Assembly (NCBI RefSeq): GCF_036365525.1
Contig: NC_090412.1
Location: 19,505,923 to 19,569,922, forward strand
Reading direction: 5' to 3'
Origin: Heterodontus francisci
Taxonomy: Eukaryota
Length of the DNA: 64,000 bases
The notes under the pieces were generated by a model that made no database searches, was not told the origin of the DNA, and saw only the letters and a program-made list of their open reading frames with translations. A program made the translations under genes and the position numbers. Of the stretch, positions 1 to 13,177 are shown one piece after another (positions within the stretch are counted from its first letter, which is position 1; every line of letters begins with the position of its first letter).

Positions 1-390
1 GAAACACAAGGAGATTTGGAAGCAATGCCAGATGAGTGTTGAGCTTTTCAGGGAAGGGTAAAATTCTTGAAAGCAGACAAACAAGAGGGATCCTGATGGA
101 GGTATAGACGATGCCAAGAGGAATAGAAAATAACTTAATCCTGAACACAATATCAAGTGAAGTCATGACTATGGACAAGGAGTCATAGATATAAAGTGGT
201 AGGAAACAAGTTGCAGACACAGGAAGCACTTCACCAAAGAGTGACTAATATCTAGAATGATCTTTCTGGTAGGGTAGTGGAGACCAATGGAGTCATCAGG
301 AAGCAGTTAGATGCTGTGATGAAAGGATTACAGGTTACTGCAGTAGGATGAGCTAGATGGGCTGAATGGCTTCTGTGTTCATTGTGATCT
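1..390 (+). mobile_element. Old CR1 3' end
   Basis: Decayed FTQRV..WN-like segment and GATGGGCTGAATGGC tail. Confidence 0.5.
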
Positions 391-519
391 TGGTCTCAAT
401 GCTGTTTGTTCACTGTTTTATTTAATTAATCTCCTATAGAAAAGTTGTTGTCTCATTCACAGCTTGCTTGTCTTCCCTCTGCAAGGCACTGAACTATCCA
501 CTTCTTGGGACTCTGGATT

Positions 520-581
520 GGAAGAGAGAGAGAGAGAGAGGAGAGAGGGGACACTGAGAAAAGAGAGATAGAGACAGAGGA

Positions 582-612
<31 letters not shown>

Positions 613-725
613 CAAAAATGTAGCACTATAGGAGAGTAAGGTACAAATCAAAAGAAAAGGGAAAAGGAGAGAACAGCAACCTAAAGCAGAAGGAAGAGAA
701 GGCCAAAAAAAGAGGGGAAAGAGCA
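520..725. repeat. (GA)n microsatellite and purine-rich tract
   Basis: Long AG dinucleotide runs. Confidence 0.9.
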
Positions 726-927
726 AATGAAAAGGCGGCATGTGACTACTGGTGATATCATGAATGGGAAATGGTATCTAACTATGGAACCACCCCCACC
801 ACCACCACACTGGGTCCTTTTGCGCAATTTTGAACAACCCAACTGGGTAAATTTGATCCAGATAAAGAATACAATGGTCACTTCAAAAACTAAGGAAAAA
901 TTAATGTAATTGTGATTCAAATTCATT

Positions 928-1279
928 GTTTAGTTTAGATTAGAGATACAGCACTGAAACAGGCCCTTCGGCCCACCGAGTCTGTGCCGACCATCAACCA
1001 CCCATTTATACTAATCCTACACTAATTCCATATTCCTACCAATCCCCACCTGTCCCTATATTTCCCTACCACCTACCTATACTAGGGGCAATTTATAATG
1101 GCCAATTTACCTATCAACGTGCAAGTCTTTGGCATGTGGGAGGAAACCGGAGCACCAGGAGGAAACCCATGCAGACACACGGAGAACTTGCAAACTCCAC
1201 ACAGGCAGTACCCAGAATTGAACCCGGGTCGCTGGAGCTGTGAGGCTGCGGTGCTAACCACTGCGCCACTGTGCCGCCC
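928..1279 (-). mobile_element. HE1-type (V-SINE) tRNA-derived SINE, full length
   Basis: Minus strand starts GGCGGCACAGTGGCGCAGTGGTTAGC (A box) with GGGTTCAATTC (B box) and ends in a CR1-like tail GGCCGAAGGGCCTGTTTCAGTGCTGTATCTC plus short repeats; near-identical to copies at 4481 and 13208. Confidence 0.9.
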
Positions 1280-2152
1280 CGAGTTCCACTCACAGCACAA
1301 CATCAGATTTCCTGCCATTAACAGATTCCCTCCCCACCTTTGGCTTTGCAACCACATGGTAGGTCCTCAGTCAGAGATATTTTCAATGATCCTGGCCAAG
1401 ATCACAGTTACTCAGGCAACATTAGCTGAGGTACTTTTTGTGGTTAAATATAGCTATCTGACTAATCTATCTTGTCTTGCTGCTTTTTGCAGAATGCTCT
1501 TAGATTGCTGGTTGAAACTGTGTAAGCTATCTCCTGAATGGGATGGGGATTATATTTAAAAGGGCACGGTTTGTTTAGAATACTGTTAATTACTTTGATA
1601 ACAAAAGACCACAGATAAAATTTCAATTATATAGTGCAAAGTTTGCTGCGTCTTCTAAATTTACTTGCAGGCATTGAATCTCCTAAGGTGTCCTTAACAA
1701 TTTGTTTGCATGTGTTCACTTATTATAGCCAAGCCAAATGTCCTTCTGTTATTAAGGTTATATGGAGGGTAATATCTCTATTTTATTACTTCATTATGAT
1801 TTCTACGCTTGGAAAAGGTGGCATGTAATCTAAGGAAACTCATTGTAGATAAATGATTCTGAAAACAGTTAATTGTGAGTAAGGGAGAGGTGAGAGAGAA
1901 AAAGAGGGAAAGAGAAAGATATAGATGTTTTTCTCGCTCTCAACTCACAATGCTTCATTAGAACCAGGGTTTTGTATCTTCTAGACCAACTGTTGTGGAT
2001 CTATAGGCTCCGCAGGTTGCAAGGTACAAGACCTGACACTCATGGGATATCTTTCTGGGTGGTCCTGAATTGTTAGGACAGGTGGATGGATGGGCTTGAG
2101 GTCTCTGCATGCTGATAGTTTTAGTTTTCTTTGCAGGAATATGTTTGTTTAA

Positions 2153-2580
2153 GTGCCAGCTCGATCACAGTGGTAGCACTCTTACTCTGAGTCAGAGGCT
2201 TGTTGGTACTTAGTCCCACTTGAGCACAAATTTTAGGCTGATACTTCATTGCAGCACCGAGGGAGGGCTGCACAGTCAGAGGTGCCGTCTTTCAGATGCA
2301 ACGTTAAACCAACGCCCCGCATGTCCCTCTCATGTGAACGTAAAAGATCTCACGGCACTATTTCAAAGGTGAGCAAAGGAGTTCTCCCCAGTGTCCTGGC
2401 CAACATTTATCACTCAACCAAAAGTCTTGTTCAGTTTGTGGGACTGTGCGCCTATTGCTTGCGTTGTTTCCTATGTTACAACAGTGAGCACATTTCAAAA
2501 AGTACGTAATTGGCTGTAAAGTGTTTAGGGATGTTCAGAAGTTGTGGACGATGCTATAGAAAGGCAAGCTCTTTCTTTGC
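2153..2580 (+). mobile_element. Deu-domain SINE (SacSINE1/AmnSINE1-like)
   Basis: tRNA-like head (GTGGTAGCACTCT...CTGAGTCAGA), core GAGGTGCCGTCTTTCAGATG...GTTAAACC, tail GCTATAGAAAGGCAAG; related copies elsewhere in the window. Confidence 0.7.
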
Positions 2581-4480
2581 AGATTTCCCTAACTGGATCA
2601 TTATTTCTTGTATACAAAATCCTTTCACCTTGTTATCAATACCTGAGATTATGGTGATACAGTTTTTCTAAGACTAATTATAATAATGGTGGTTGACCAG
2701 GCTGGATTATTATTTACCCCAGATGAAGGCCTTTTCATTGAGAAATGCTGATGCTCCCTTTGAGTTGTTTTCTAGGCTGCCATGTAGTCTCTTAATGGCT
2801 CCCTCTATTCTTAGCAGCTCCATTCTCAAATGATAGTAGGTTCTTGCCTTTGTCTATAGGGTTGCAGCAAATATAGCCTTCCTTCAGGAGACTCACCCTA
2901 GGTCTGACAAAGTATGAAAAGTTTCTTAGGATGGCTTTCATTCCACTCCAAGAGAAAAGCTATCCTTAATCATGAGGGTCTTCTTTTCATTTGAGTAAAG
3001 TTTGGCAGCTAACTAGCTAAGTAATACTATATACTGGTTTCTGTCTACTTGGCTGGCATGTTAAAAGTTTTATTGAATGTTTGCACCCCAAACGCTAGTT
3101 CTCCCACTTTTATCTCTAATCTTTTACTGTCCTGGCCCAACGGATGTGTCTTGCCACAATCATTAAGTCGCTGTTTGTTCAAATTGCGTTTCTAATTCTT
3201 GCGCGGATAAGCTACCAAGCATTTGTTTGGCTCTGTTCTTTTGCCACAAATAGGAAGACCTGGTATTTATGGACGTGTGCCAAAAGTGTAACCCGACAGC
3301 TTCAGATTGCACCTTTTATTATCATCCCCACAATTCCTGTTCAAGCAACAATTAGCTTGTTACTCATTAGCTACAGAAGCCAGAGATTAAAGTTTGTAAA
3401 ACTGGCCTGAGTTTCACTTTTGGATCATGTGTTAATTATTCTAACCCTAAGTGTCAACAGATGACAACTCTGTATCTTCCTTCCCAGTGAATCTTAATTG
3501 GAATGTTTTTCCTTCGGAGCACAACAATACCCCTCGGGCATAACCTCCTATACTAATGCAGCACTTTGTGGTTTTATTAATGATACATCTCCATTAAAGA
3601 AAATGAAGCACAGACTCCCAGTTTTCACAAGAAGAGAAGACAATTGTTAGAATCCACCTGTAAATAAAACTAAACATTAGAGATCATTCTTGAGCTTCAG
3701 GAGCCCAAGAGGGAGTTGAATATTCTCCTAACCCCTGATTTTGCATGACTAATTAAGCTTACCAATGTGCATTTCTATTAGCAAGTGCATACATTGGATA
3801 ACTTGGTGACAGACACTCTGAGGAAGCAGCTGGATAGGCAAGTCATCCAGCAGTTCACTCTAGCACTAATATAACTAGTCCTTGCCTTTCCATTCCAGAA
3901 TTACAAGGCTAGAATTATTTCGTTCTATTTGGCGAGGGAGCTACTGTGTTGATTTCTATGGACACGAGTGGCCTTGTCTTACTTCTCCGAGGCATAAGCA
4001 GCAAATTTTAGCTGCACAATTTGGAATAGTAAATAAGTGGCTATTTGTTTTGCAGTTCTTAGGCTATCAGCCAGCTGATACCAGAGGAATGTATGAGATT
4101 CATCAGGTAGTGAGAGGAGATGACATGACGGATTTGATATCATTGATATCTGCTTGAGGAATGACTGGAGATTCTCCATTGATTCTATCATAGAGTGATA
4201 TCTATCATTTGGGTGCATTGTTGGCAGCCCTGAGAGTACAGATCTGGGCTTGTGTTGACAAAGATAAATCAGCTCCCACTCCCACCCCTGAGCTTGTACC
4301 TCAGTCCGATCATTTTAACCTTGATATTCCAGGGTGTGAAATTCATCACATTCCTGTATTGCACACAATCCACAACATTGTTCCTTGGATCTTCTTGCAG
4401 AGGTTCTATTGGACTTTGAAATGGGATATTTAATCAATATCCTGCTGATCACAGCATTTGATTGTCTCACTTGCTCTCTA

Positions 4481-4826
4481 GTTTAGAGAGAGAGAGATAC
4501 AGCACTGAAACAGGCCCTTCGGCCCACCGAGTCTGTGCCGACCATCAACCACCCATTTTATACTAATCCTACACTAATCCCATATTCCTACCACATCCCC
4601 GCCTGTCTCTATATTTCCCTACCACCTACCTATACTAGGGGCAATTTATAATGGCCAATTTACCTATCAACCTGCAAGTCTTTTGGCTTGTGGGAGGAAA
4701 CCGGAGCACCCGGAGAAAACCCACGCAGACACAGGGAGAACTTGCAAACTCCACACAGGCAGCACCCAGAATTGAACCCGGGTCGCTGGAGCTGTGAGGC
4801 TGCGGTGCTAACCACTGCGCCACTGT
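4481..4826 (-). mobile_element. HE1-type SINE
   Basis: Near-identical to 928-1279. Confidence 0.9.
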
Positions 4827-5004
4827 GAAGAGTGGCTCATTTGGAAAATAATTCTGCATTTTGTTTGAGCATCTCAAGCAAATTCACTAATAATTGGTGA
4901 ATTATTATGAAGCAAAAGTAAGTGGCTTATTCCAGTCATCTCATTGTAAGTTGACCTGGGCTGGTCTTGGCCTGAATTCCGCTCTCTACGCACTGTATTT
5001 TTTT

Positions 5005-6310
5005 TTCCTTTTATGGGATGTGAGCATTGCTGGCTAGGCTAGAATTTGTTGCCCATCCCCACTTGCCCTTGAGCAGGTGGTAGTTAGCCACCATCTTGAA
5101 CTGTTGCAATCCATCTGGTGTGGGTACACCCACAGTGCTGTTAAGAAGGGAGTTTTAGGTTTTTGACCCAGTGACCATGAAGGATCAGTGATATAGTTCC
5201 AAGTCAGGATGGTGTGTGCACCTCAACTGCACCTGCTCCTTTTATTAATATTCATGTGGAGTATTGTGGTCAATCCTGGGCCTTTAGGAAAGATGTCAAG
5301 GCAATAGAAAGGGTGCAGAAGATATTTACTAGAATGGTACCAGGAATGTGGGATATCAGTTATGTGGAAAGACTGGAGAAGCTAGAATTGTGCTCCTTAA
5401 AGCAAAGAAGCTTAAGGGAGATTTAACAGGTGGGCATCGCTGGCTTTATTGCCTATTCCTAACTGCCCTCGGGAAGGTGGTGGTGGGGGGCCTTCTTGTC
5501 CCACTCCCCTGCCCCTTCCCCATAACCCTGCAAATGCTTCCCCCTCTAGTAATTCCCTTTTGTAAAGTTGTTGTTGAATCAGTTTCCACCACCAATTCAG
5601 GCAGTGCATTCTGTACCATAACAACTCACTGTATAAAGAAAAGTCTCCTCACTTGCCTCTGGTCCTTTTGCTAATTACTTTAAATTTGTTTCCTCTGATT
5701 ACTGACCCTTCTGCCATTGGAAACAGTTTCCTCTTATGTATTCTATCACAATCATTCAAGATTTTGCCCACGTCTATTAAATCTCCCTTAAGCTTCTTTG
5801 CTCTAAGGAGAACAATTCTAGGTTCTCCAGTCTTTCCACATAACTGAAATCCCACATTCCTGGTTCTATTCTAATAAATATCCTCTGCACCCTTTCTATG
5901 GCCTTGACATCTTTTCTAAGGCCCAGGGTTGACCACAATACTCCAACTGGGGCATAAGCAGTAACTTATAAAGGTTTAGCTTAACTTCCTTGCTTTAGAT
6001 TTGATAGAGGTGTTCAAAATCATGAATGGGTTTGATAGCGTAAATAGGGAGAAACTGTTTCCGGTGGCAGAAGGGTTGGTAACCAGAGGTGAATGGCAAA
6101 ATGTCAGAGGTGAGATGAGGGAATTTTTTTATGCAACAAGTTGTCCTGATCCGGAATGCACAGTCTGATAGGAAGCAGATTCAGTAGCAATATTCAAAAG
6201 AGAATTGGATAAATATTTGAAGGCAATAAACATTACAGGACTATGGGGAAAGAACAGGGGATTAGGATTATTTAGATAGCTGTGGGATTTAGGATGGAAT
6301 CTGGCTATGG
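5005..6310. mobile_element. Cluster of CR1-type LINE fragments on both strands
   Basis: Minus LINE 3' end 5005-5215; plus CR1 5257-5427 resuming near 5997; minus CR1 about 5500-5995. Confidence 0.75.
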
Positions 6311-8388
6311 ACATTAAACATGTTGAAGGAAAGAGACGATGTGCTAATTCTAGGAGTTATGTTGGGGTTGTGGGGGAGATGTAGTGCATAGTGAACACTA
6401 GTAATATCTAATTGGATTTTATTTTATATTTTATACAATCTAAAGTGGAACCTTTTGTTATTTGCCTAATCGTATTTTTAACATTACTTAGAAACTGCAA
6501 GAACCAATGCAAATGCAAGAACAAAATAACTGTGAGAACAAGTGAGCATGCTCTATGCTTCTCGTTTATAAATAGGATGACTTAAAACTATATGAATAAT
6601 ATCTTTTAAACAAATTGACAAGGAACATTCACAGACCAGACTAAAAGGTCCAACTCACAATCAATTTTGGAGGAAAATAACCAATTAACACTGAAACACA
6701 ATTAAAGAAACTTGGGTTGGGGTTTGAACTCACAACCTTTTAGGAAGGAGACCTAGAATACTACTACTGAACTAAAGCTGATGCTTTTAATGTTTTGGTA
6801 TAGGATAAAGGGGACACAAATTCAAATTATTACAAGTTAATTTTAGGACTGATATAAAGAGGTTCTTCGTAATGCCAAGAGTAATCAATACTTGGAATGG
6901 ACTTCCCAGTAGAGCAGTGGAGGTAAAAAACCTGGGATACATTAAAGAAACAAGCAACTACCGTAATGGGGGATTGTAGAATGAACTAATATGGGTTTAA
7001 TGGTTTTCCTCATCTGTCATTATCTTGTGACATCCAGGTAAATGCCTACTTTCTCAAAAGCTCTCACAATGCCTTCATTTTAAGGCTATTGACTGTGATT
7101 ATTTGAATGGAATTAAGTTGTGGAAAATAGCACCCATGGGCAAATGACACCCACGCTCCATAGAAGCAGATTGCAGATTCAACAACAAGCTCCAATCAGA
7201 ATTATCAGAATGTAGCTTTACTATCTGGAACAGTGTTTCACATGTCTGGATAAATGAGGGGTACAGTTACAGTACATCCCACCCCCAGGGATTGCCGAAT
7301 AACTGGTGTCTGCTACATGCCATAAATCTAGTTGTTAAATGAGGCCTCTGCATGCATCCCACAGATCAGGATAAAAAAAAAAGCAATGGCAGAGTGAGAA
7401 GGTGAAAATGCCAGTCAGGAGTTAATGATTCCAGCAATACTACAAGACCATTGCACCAGGCATTAACTCCTGACACTAAAGAGTGTCACATCTGCACAAT
7501 TTCTTAAAGAGGTGAATCATATCTGTTAAGTTACAAAACCCAAATCATTTGTTCCTACACTCATATTCAGTACTTCAAATACCACCTATTGCCATATTAT
7601 GTTGAGCTCCTATTTTATTATCAATGTCACATAAACATTCAGCACAATGTTCACGTTAGGATATTTATTTCCTCTACTATGTGCTGTATGAAAGTCAACA
7701 GCTTTGGTGCTGCTACTCGGTGTTTGTACTTCAGATGTGTGAGCTTACCATCCTTCAATGATTCCCTTGCTGAAGGAGTAAATGTACTGGGTGGCTGCAG
7801 GATTTCATGGACTGCCTGTTGATGTTCTAATGGCCCAAAAATCTCCCTTGGCTGTGCATTACAAGGGTGATGCAGGTGAAGTACCCATAGCTGAGGCTGT
7901 GGTGTCTCCAAAGTTTAAGCTACTGGCTCCCCAATCTGTGCACCAGGCACATCAGAGAGCAGGGTGGAGTTGGGCTTCAAGTCCATTTCAGTGCATGCCG
8001 TCTCTCTCAGAGGAATTGACAGCTCTTAACCAAACTGCTCTTTTTTTCAGATTTCTAGCATCTGCAGTATTTTGCTTTTATATGCTGTTTTTTTCTACTT
8101 CCAAATCTATAGTTTTAGTAAAATCCACTAGCTCTGCCTTTTTAATGATATTTCTGGTGCTTAACCGGCTCTTAATTACATCTTACAGCTATTCAGCAGA
8201 CTTGGTACAATACCTTCTCATGGGCTGCCCACTATATGGAAGTAGATGTTCCACAAATTTGCTTACATTTAGAAAACAGGAATATCACAGGAACACCAGC
8301 GGTAGTAAATTCTTCCAGGTACTATTATGAGTGACCTAAAGTATGCCTAAGATTTGCCCACCAATAAGAAGTTCCTGGTTCATGTGCA

Positions 8389-8755
8389 CCACTGCCTTGT
8401 GGGCATCTCGGGAGAGCCCAAGGCTAAGGGAGTAAACCCTAACAGAAAATCCAGAGCGGAACCCCGTAGGCGGTCATGTGTCACCTTTGGCATGTTTCCG
8501 GCAGTTCCTGCAGCCATACCGGTGCCAAACGTCGTGCTCTGCACTCCTTTGGACCCCACCAGAAAGGCCGAGAGGGGGGTTTTGACGCTTGGGCAACTCA
8601 CAACCCCTATACATTCGCCCAGGCATGCGCAATGGAGAGAGCCTGTCACTCTAGTATTGGCCTTTATAGCCACTCCAGGCGCTGCTCCCCAAACCACTGA
8701 CATCCTGCAGGCGCTTACCCATTGTCTCCTGAGACAAGGATGCCAAAGAAGAGAA
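8389..8755 (+). mobile_element. Bipartite non-autonomous RTE-derived retroposon with 12-bp TSD
   Basis: GGTTCATGTGCA at 8377-8388 and 8756-8767; 3' part encodes the RTE-type ORF end CHSSIGLYSHSRRC, followed by a GAA-repeat tail. Confidence 0.75.
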
Positions 8756-9941
8756 GGTTCATGTGCAAAACAAACGTGGACAGCAATTTGTTTCATTTAA
8801 GACTGTAAGGAGATTGCTGCACCTATGGATCTCAACAGGTCAGACAGCAGCTGTTCACCAAAATCATATATTTAATCTTCATTTGTACAGCACAGACAAT
8901 ATTTACAAAAGTTTAAGAAGCTTTATGTATTCTATCTAGGCCTGTGATTCCCTCTTTCTCTGGTCTCTGTTTTCCTTCTACCACAAACATGTAAACAAAC
9001 CTTCAGATGAACATCAAAATTTCACCAACTGAATGAATCAGGATTACATTGTCAAATGCATCAAGGGTTTAAGGATTTCACGATGGGAGCTGCAAGAGAG
9101 TAGAACAGGAAGGGCATATTGTGATGTGGAAACTTTGTCCCAGTCATCCTAATTTTGATTATTTATCAACATGTGGAGAAGTCGTAGATAATAGTTGGGT
9201 AATAATTTGTGATCTCAACCCAGTTGGTTCCAGACGAATGAAAAGCCTCCATTAGTTTCAAGAAAGTTGTCCCGGTCCCTTTGGGCAAGAAAGGATTAAG
9301 GTCACAACAGCTGTCTTGGCTCTGCAAATCATGGTTCACAATTTCCATTTGTTTCTGGCAGTACTATGTGGGCAGATTTCTACTTATTTGAGACAATGCT
9401 TAGATTCCAAGCCTCTCAATATCATATTTGTGATGTTTAATTATGGTAATAGATATGGCCATGTTAATCTAAGCTTATGTATGGCTTAGATTTCCAGAAC
9501 TGAACTGTATACTTCAATAGATGCTTAGATCATATTATGCTCGCCCAATATTGTCTCAGTACTTTGCCTGTCAGCTTTCTGATCTTCCCTTTGGAGATGA
9601 CAACACCCAAGTTTGCCAAAAATGACTGATCTCAGTACTAAAGTGGGAGAAAGCTCCTTGTATGTCCGTTGTGTTAACCTGATCTCATCCATACAGAAAG
9701 TGTTTATATTTAAACTTAATTTCATGCCAGATTTTGAAAACAACCCTATTTCTCAACTCTCTACTGTACAATTGATCCAGTACCTTTTGACTTCAGTTAA
9801 CACATTCTGTCAGCATCTATTTCCTCCTCCTTAGTACTGTTCTATGAATAAACTCCTTTTCTAGGTTTTCTCAAGTATCCAGGTTTGGTGGCCTTACATC
9901 AATCAGTGAGAGCATGAAAAGTCTTTTTTAGCTTCCACTTC

Positions 9942-10380
9942 AAAGAAAAGAAAGATTTGCATTTATATAGTGCCTTTCATGACCTCATGACTTCCCAAAA
10001 TGCTTTGAAGCCAATGAAATACTTTTAAAGTGTCGTCACTGTTGTAATGTCGGAAATGTGGCAGCCAATTTTCACATAGCAAGCTCCCACAAACAGTAAT
10101 GTGATAATGACCAGATAATCTGTTCTTGTGATGTTGATTGAGGGATAAATATTGGCCAAGACGCCAGGGATAACACCTCTGCTCTTCTTCAAAGTAGTGC
10201 CATGGGATCTTTTACATCCACTTGACAGGACCTCAATTTAACATTTCATCTGAAAGACGGAACCTCCGTCAGTGCAGCACTCCCTGAGTACTGCATTGGA
10301 GTGTCGGCCTAGATTTTTGTGCTTAGGTCTTTGGAATGTGACAAATCTTCCAACTCAGAGACAACCAGCTGAGCCACAGC
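9942..10380 (-). mobile_element. Deu-domain SINE
   Basis: Reverse-strand copy of the 2153 family (CATCTGAAAGACGG, GCAGCACTCCCT). Confidence 0.72.
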
Positions 10381-11189
10381 CAAAACTATTCCATATGAAT
10401 AAAAGATGTAGAGCATCAAAGAATATTTCATGATTCAGACATAACAAAGTACTCCTTCTTTAGATTTTTGAGTTAAATGCAGAAATTCTAACACAAATAA
10501 TTAACTAGCGCACCGTGATGTTTTTACATTGTATTATTTGGTCTATTTTAAGACACTTTGTTCGATCTCTTGTCGCTAACCTAAACCAGGGAAGGGAGTA
10601 AGGAGAACCACCCTCTAGTGGCCACCAGGTTCTCTGGTGAGGGTGAGTCATAGGGACAAGCAGGATGTGATGGCCTCCCCCCACAACCATACAGCCTCCT
10701 GACGTTCACTCCGATGTAAAGAATGCCACTTCGACAGCTACCAGTGGCTGCAGCATGACTTCAGAAGAAAGTGAGAAACAAAAATCACAGGATTAAAAAA
10801 TTTGCTCTAATAAATACCCAATTTTTGCCATATTACACAAGACATATCTCCAATTTGTGGTAATTTAGATAAAAACAATTGCCTATTCTTATTTTGTCCT
10901 TTGCTTTGGCTGTTGCTAAGATGAAAAAACTGCATTCAAATCCATACCTACTCACTAACCCTGATAATAGAGACATGCTTGAGTCATAAAATAAGAAGTA
11001 ATTCCTTTAACTTTGATTGACCATACAATAAAACATTGAGAGTAATGGGTTCAATCTCCCCAATCTCTGCTCTTTAGTTCAGTAGTTTTCATAATATGGT
11101 CTAGGACTTATTTGCAGCTTTCCCCCTCTTCAGCTATGGTCCTCAAAAGGCCATCTGTTCCAGATTATAAAATGATTTCAGGAATTACG

Positions 11190-11415
11190 TCTTTACATGA
11201 AGGGTAGTGGAAATCTGGGACTCTCTTCCACAAAAAGCTGTTGAGGCTGTGGCTCAATTAAAGATTTGAAAACTGAGATTGATAGTTTTTTTTAGTATTA
11301 AGGGTTACAGAACCAAGGTGGGTAAAAGGAGTTAAGAAACAAATCTTCCATAATCTAATTGAATGTTGGAACAGGCTCAAGAGGCTGAATGGCCTCCCCC
11401 TGTTCCCATGTTTCT
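11190..11415 (+). mobile_element. CR1 3' end
   Basis: GGAACAGGCTCAAGAGGCTGAATGGCCT..CCTGTTCC tail. Confidence 0.65.
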
Positions 11416-11430
11416 ACATGACATGCACCT

Positions 11431-12372
11431 TGTTATGACCTCAATGAGACCGTTAACAGTTATGAGATCTGAATCCCCAGACCAATTTAAAGAATCAAAA
11501 TGACAAGATTTCATGTTCTAGGACTTTTGTTACAACAACTAAACTAAAAGAAATCCTCATTAACTGAATAGTACTTTGTAAGTAGACGATACCCCAGATT
11601 ACAAAGAAAGGTATTTTCTTATTAAAATACTTGAAAACCTCAAACCACACTTATACGTTACACTGTCCTTTTTGATGGCAAAATCCTTTGCTGTTAAAAG
11701 TCCCAAACTTCTCCCAGTAGCAATGGGTTGGATCTCCCAGACCTTTTCAAAGATCAATGTCCTCTTCACTTACTTCTCCCAGCACTTCCAACCTGGACGT
11801 CTGAGAATAGGGCGATTTCTGGTGATCTTGCTGGTCTTCTACTCTGCAAGCTTCAACTTTCAAAACAGGTTCAAGTCTTTGCAGCCTTCTGCTGTATCAG
11901 GCTTCCAAGAGCAGGTGTTCCCTCTCTCTCAACCAGTCAACACTTGTTGTCTTCCTTACTGCCTGCTCTTCTTCCCTTCTTACAGCCTGCCTGCCTTCAG
12001 AAAATCTGTTAAATTTATCTGGACTCAAAAGTCAACAGCTTATTGTCCTGTTCCAATATTAAAAGTCCTGAAGTCTGGTTTCACAGAGCCACCTGGGCCT
12101 TCCATTATTTCCAGGCATTAGCAGCTGCCTGGTACCTTTGCAGCTTCAGAATCAATAACTCCTTGTTTTATAACCCAAAAGTCTGGGGCGGCAAAACCCA
12201 TTGGTCTTCAGGTGTTACCACTGCATTCTCTTTTGTTCAAAAAAAGTCTTTGATCTTGCTAATCCTTTACAGAGTGGATGTGAGGTCATCTGACCTTCTG
12301 GACTCCATTTTAAAATTTAGAAATCACAATTTTAAAAACATAACCATGTCACAAAGTCCAGCGTTCATAACA
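11431..12372. mobile_element. Solo LTR
   Basis: Termini TGTTATGA...TCATAACA (8-bp perfect inverted repeat); flanks CACCT/AACCT (TSD with one mismatch). Confidence 0.7.
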
Positions 12373-13177
12373 AACCTCCAATTGCATTCACCTTGGCTGT
12401 GGGATGTTGAATGAACTGTTGTTTCCTCTCCCTTTCCTTAGGCTCCAGAAAAAATTGCTTTAACATCCAGAGGCTAATTAGTGGCTTAGGAACATTCTGC
12501 ATCCAGAAATATTTTCTGCTGCTGGTGAAATATCTTTGTGGATTGGAATTGATAAATCTTCTTTCTTATTTTTGATACCTTCTAAAATTTCCTACATGTC
12601 AGCATATTGATTGCTGTGTGTGCTATTGATAGTTACAAGATTGTACCATCAATTTTCCACACTGTGATCACCCTCTTTCAGCAGGGAAGTGTCCCCCCTA
12701 CATCCATCAGAGAGCAGAAACTCACTCTTTGGGTTACCAAAGATGCAATCGCATTGAGTTGCCTGCAGGTTCTTTGAGTTGCATTGAGAAATAGGCCACA
12801 AACTTTGTCAAATTCTTTGTATGTAAGATGTTCCTTTGTTTCAAGGGAAGAGTCAATAGGAATTCTGCTAATGTGATAGAGGGTAGCCACAAGTAAATGA
12901 TTGAAACTTACAATAAAAGATAAAGCTGTTATTGGTCTGCTCATCTATAATCCTGTTATAGAAGTTCAGCAAAGCCTTCAATAGAAACACTGTTTATGGA
13001 CAGTGAGCAAACTACATAACTAGTTAGTTAGCATAGTGGGAGATCAGACAGCCATCACTCACCCAACGGAGGTGCCCTGGTTTATGAGTATTTGATATTT
13101 GTAACTTGTATTGGAATAGATATTATAGCACAATGATCAATCTATGACTGTAAGACTGCTAAGTTTTTGTTCACTTT

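Noticed and set aside
457-741. 94-aa Leu/Ser-rich ORF
   Set aside because: Translation of a (CT)n microsatellite
1200-1279. tRNA gene (also near 4750-4826 and 13430-13508)
   Set aside because: The A/B boxes belong to SINE heads that continue into SINE body and tail
7782-8800. ORFs of 138-182 aa as a novel gene
   Set aside because: They span a Penelope-like fragment and the RTE-derived insertion; no coherent exon structure or domain
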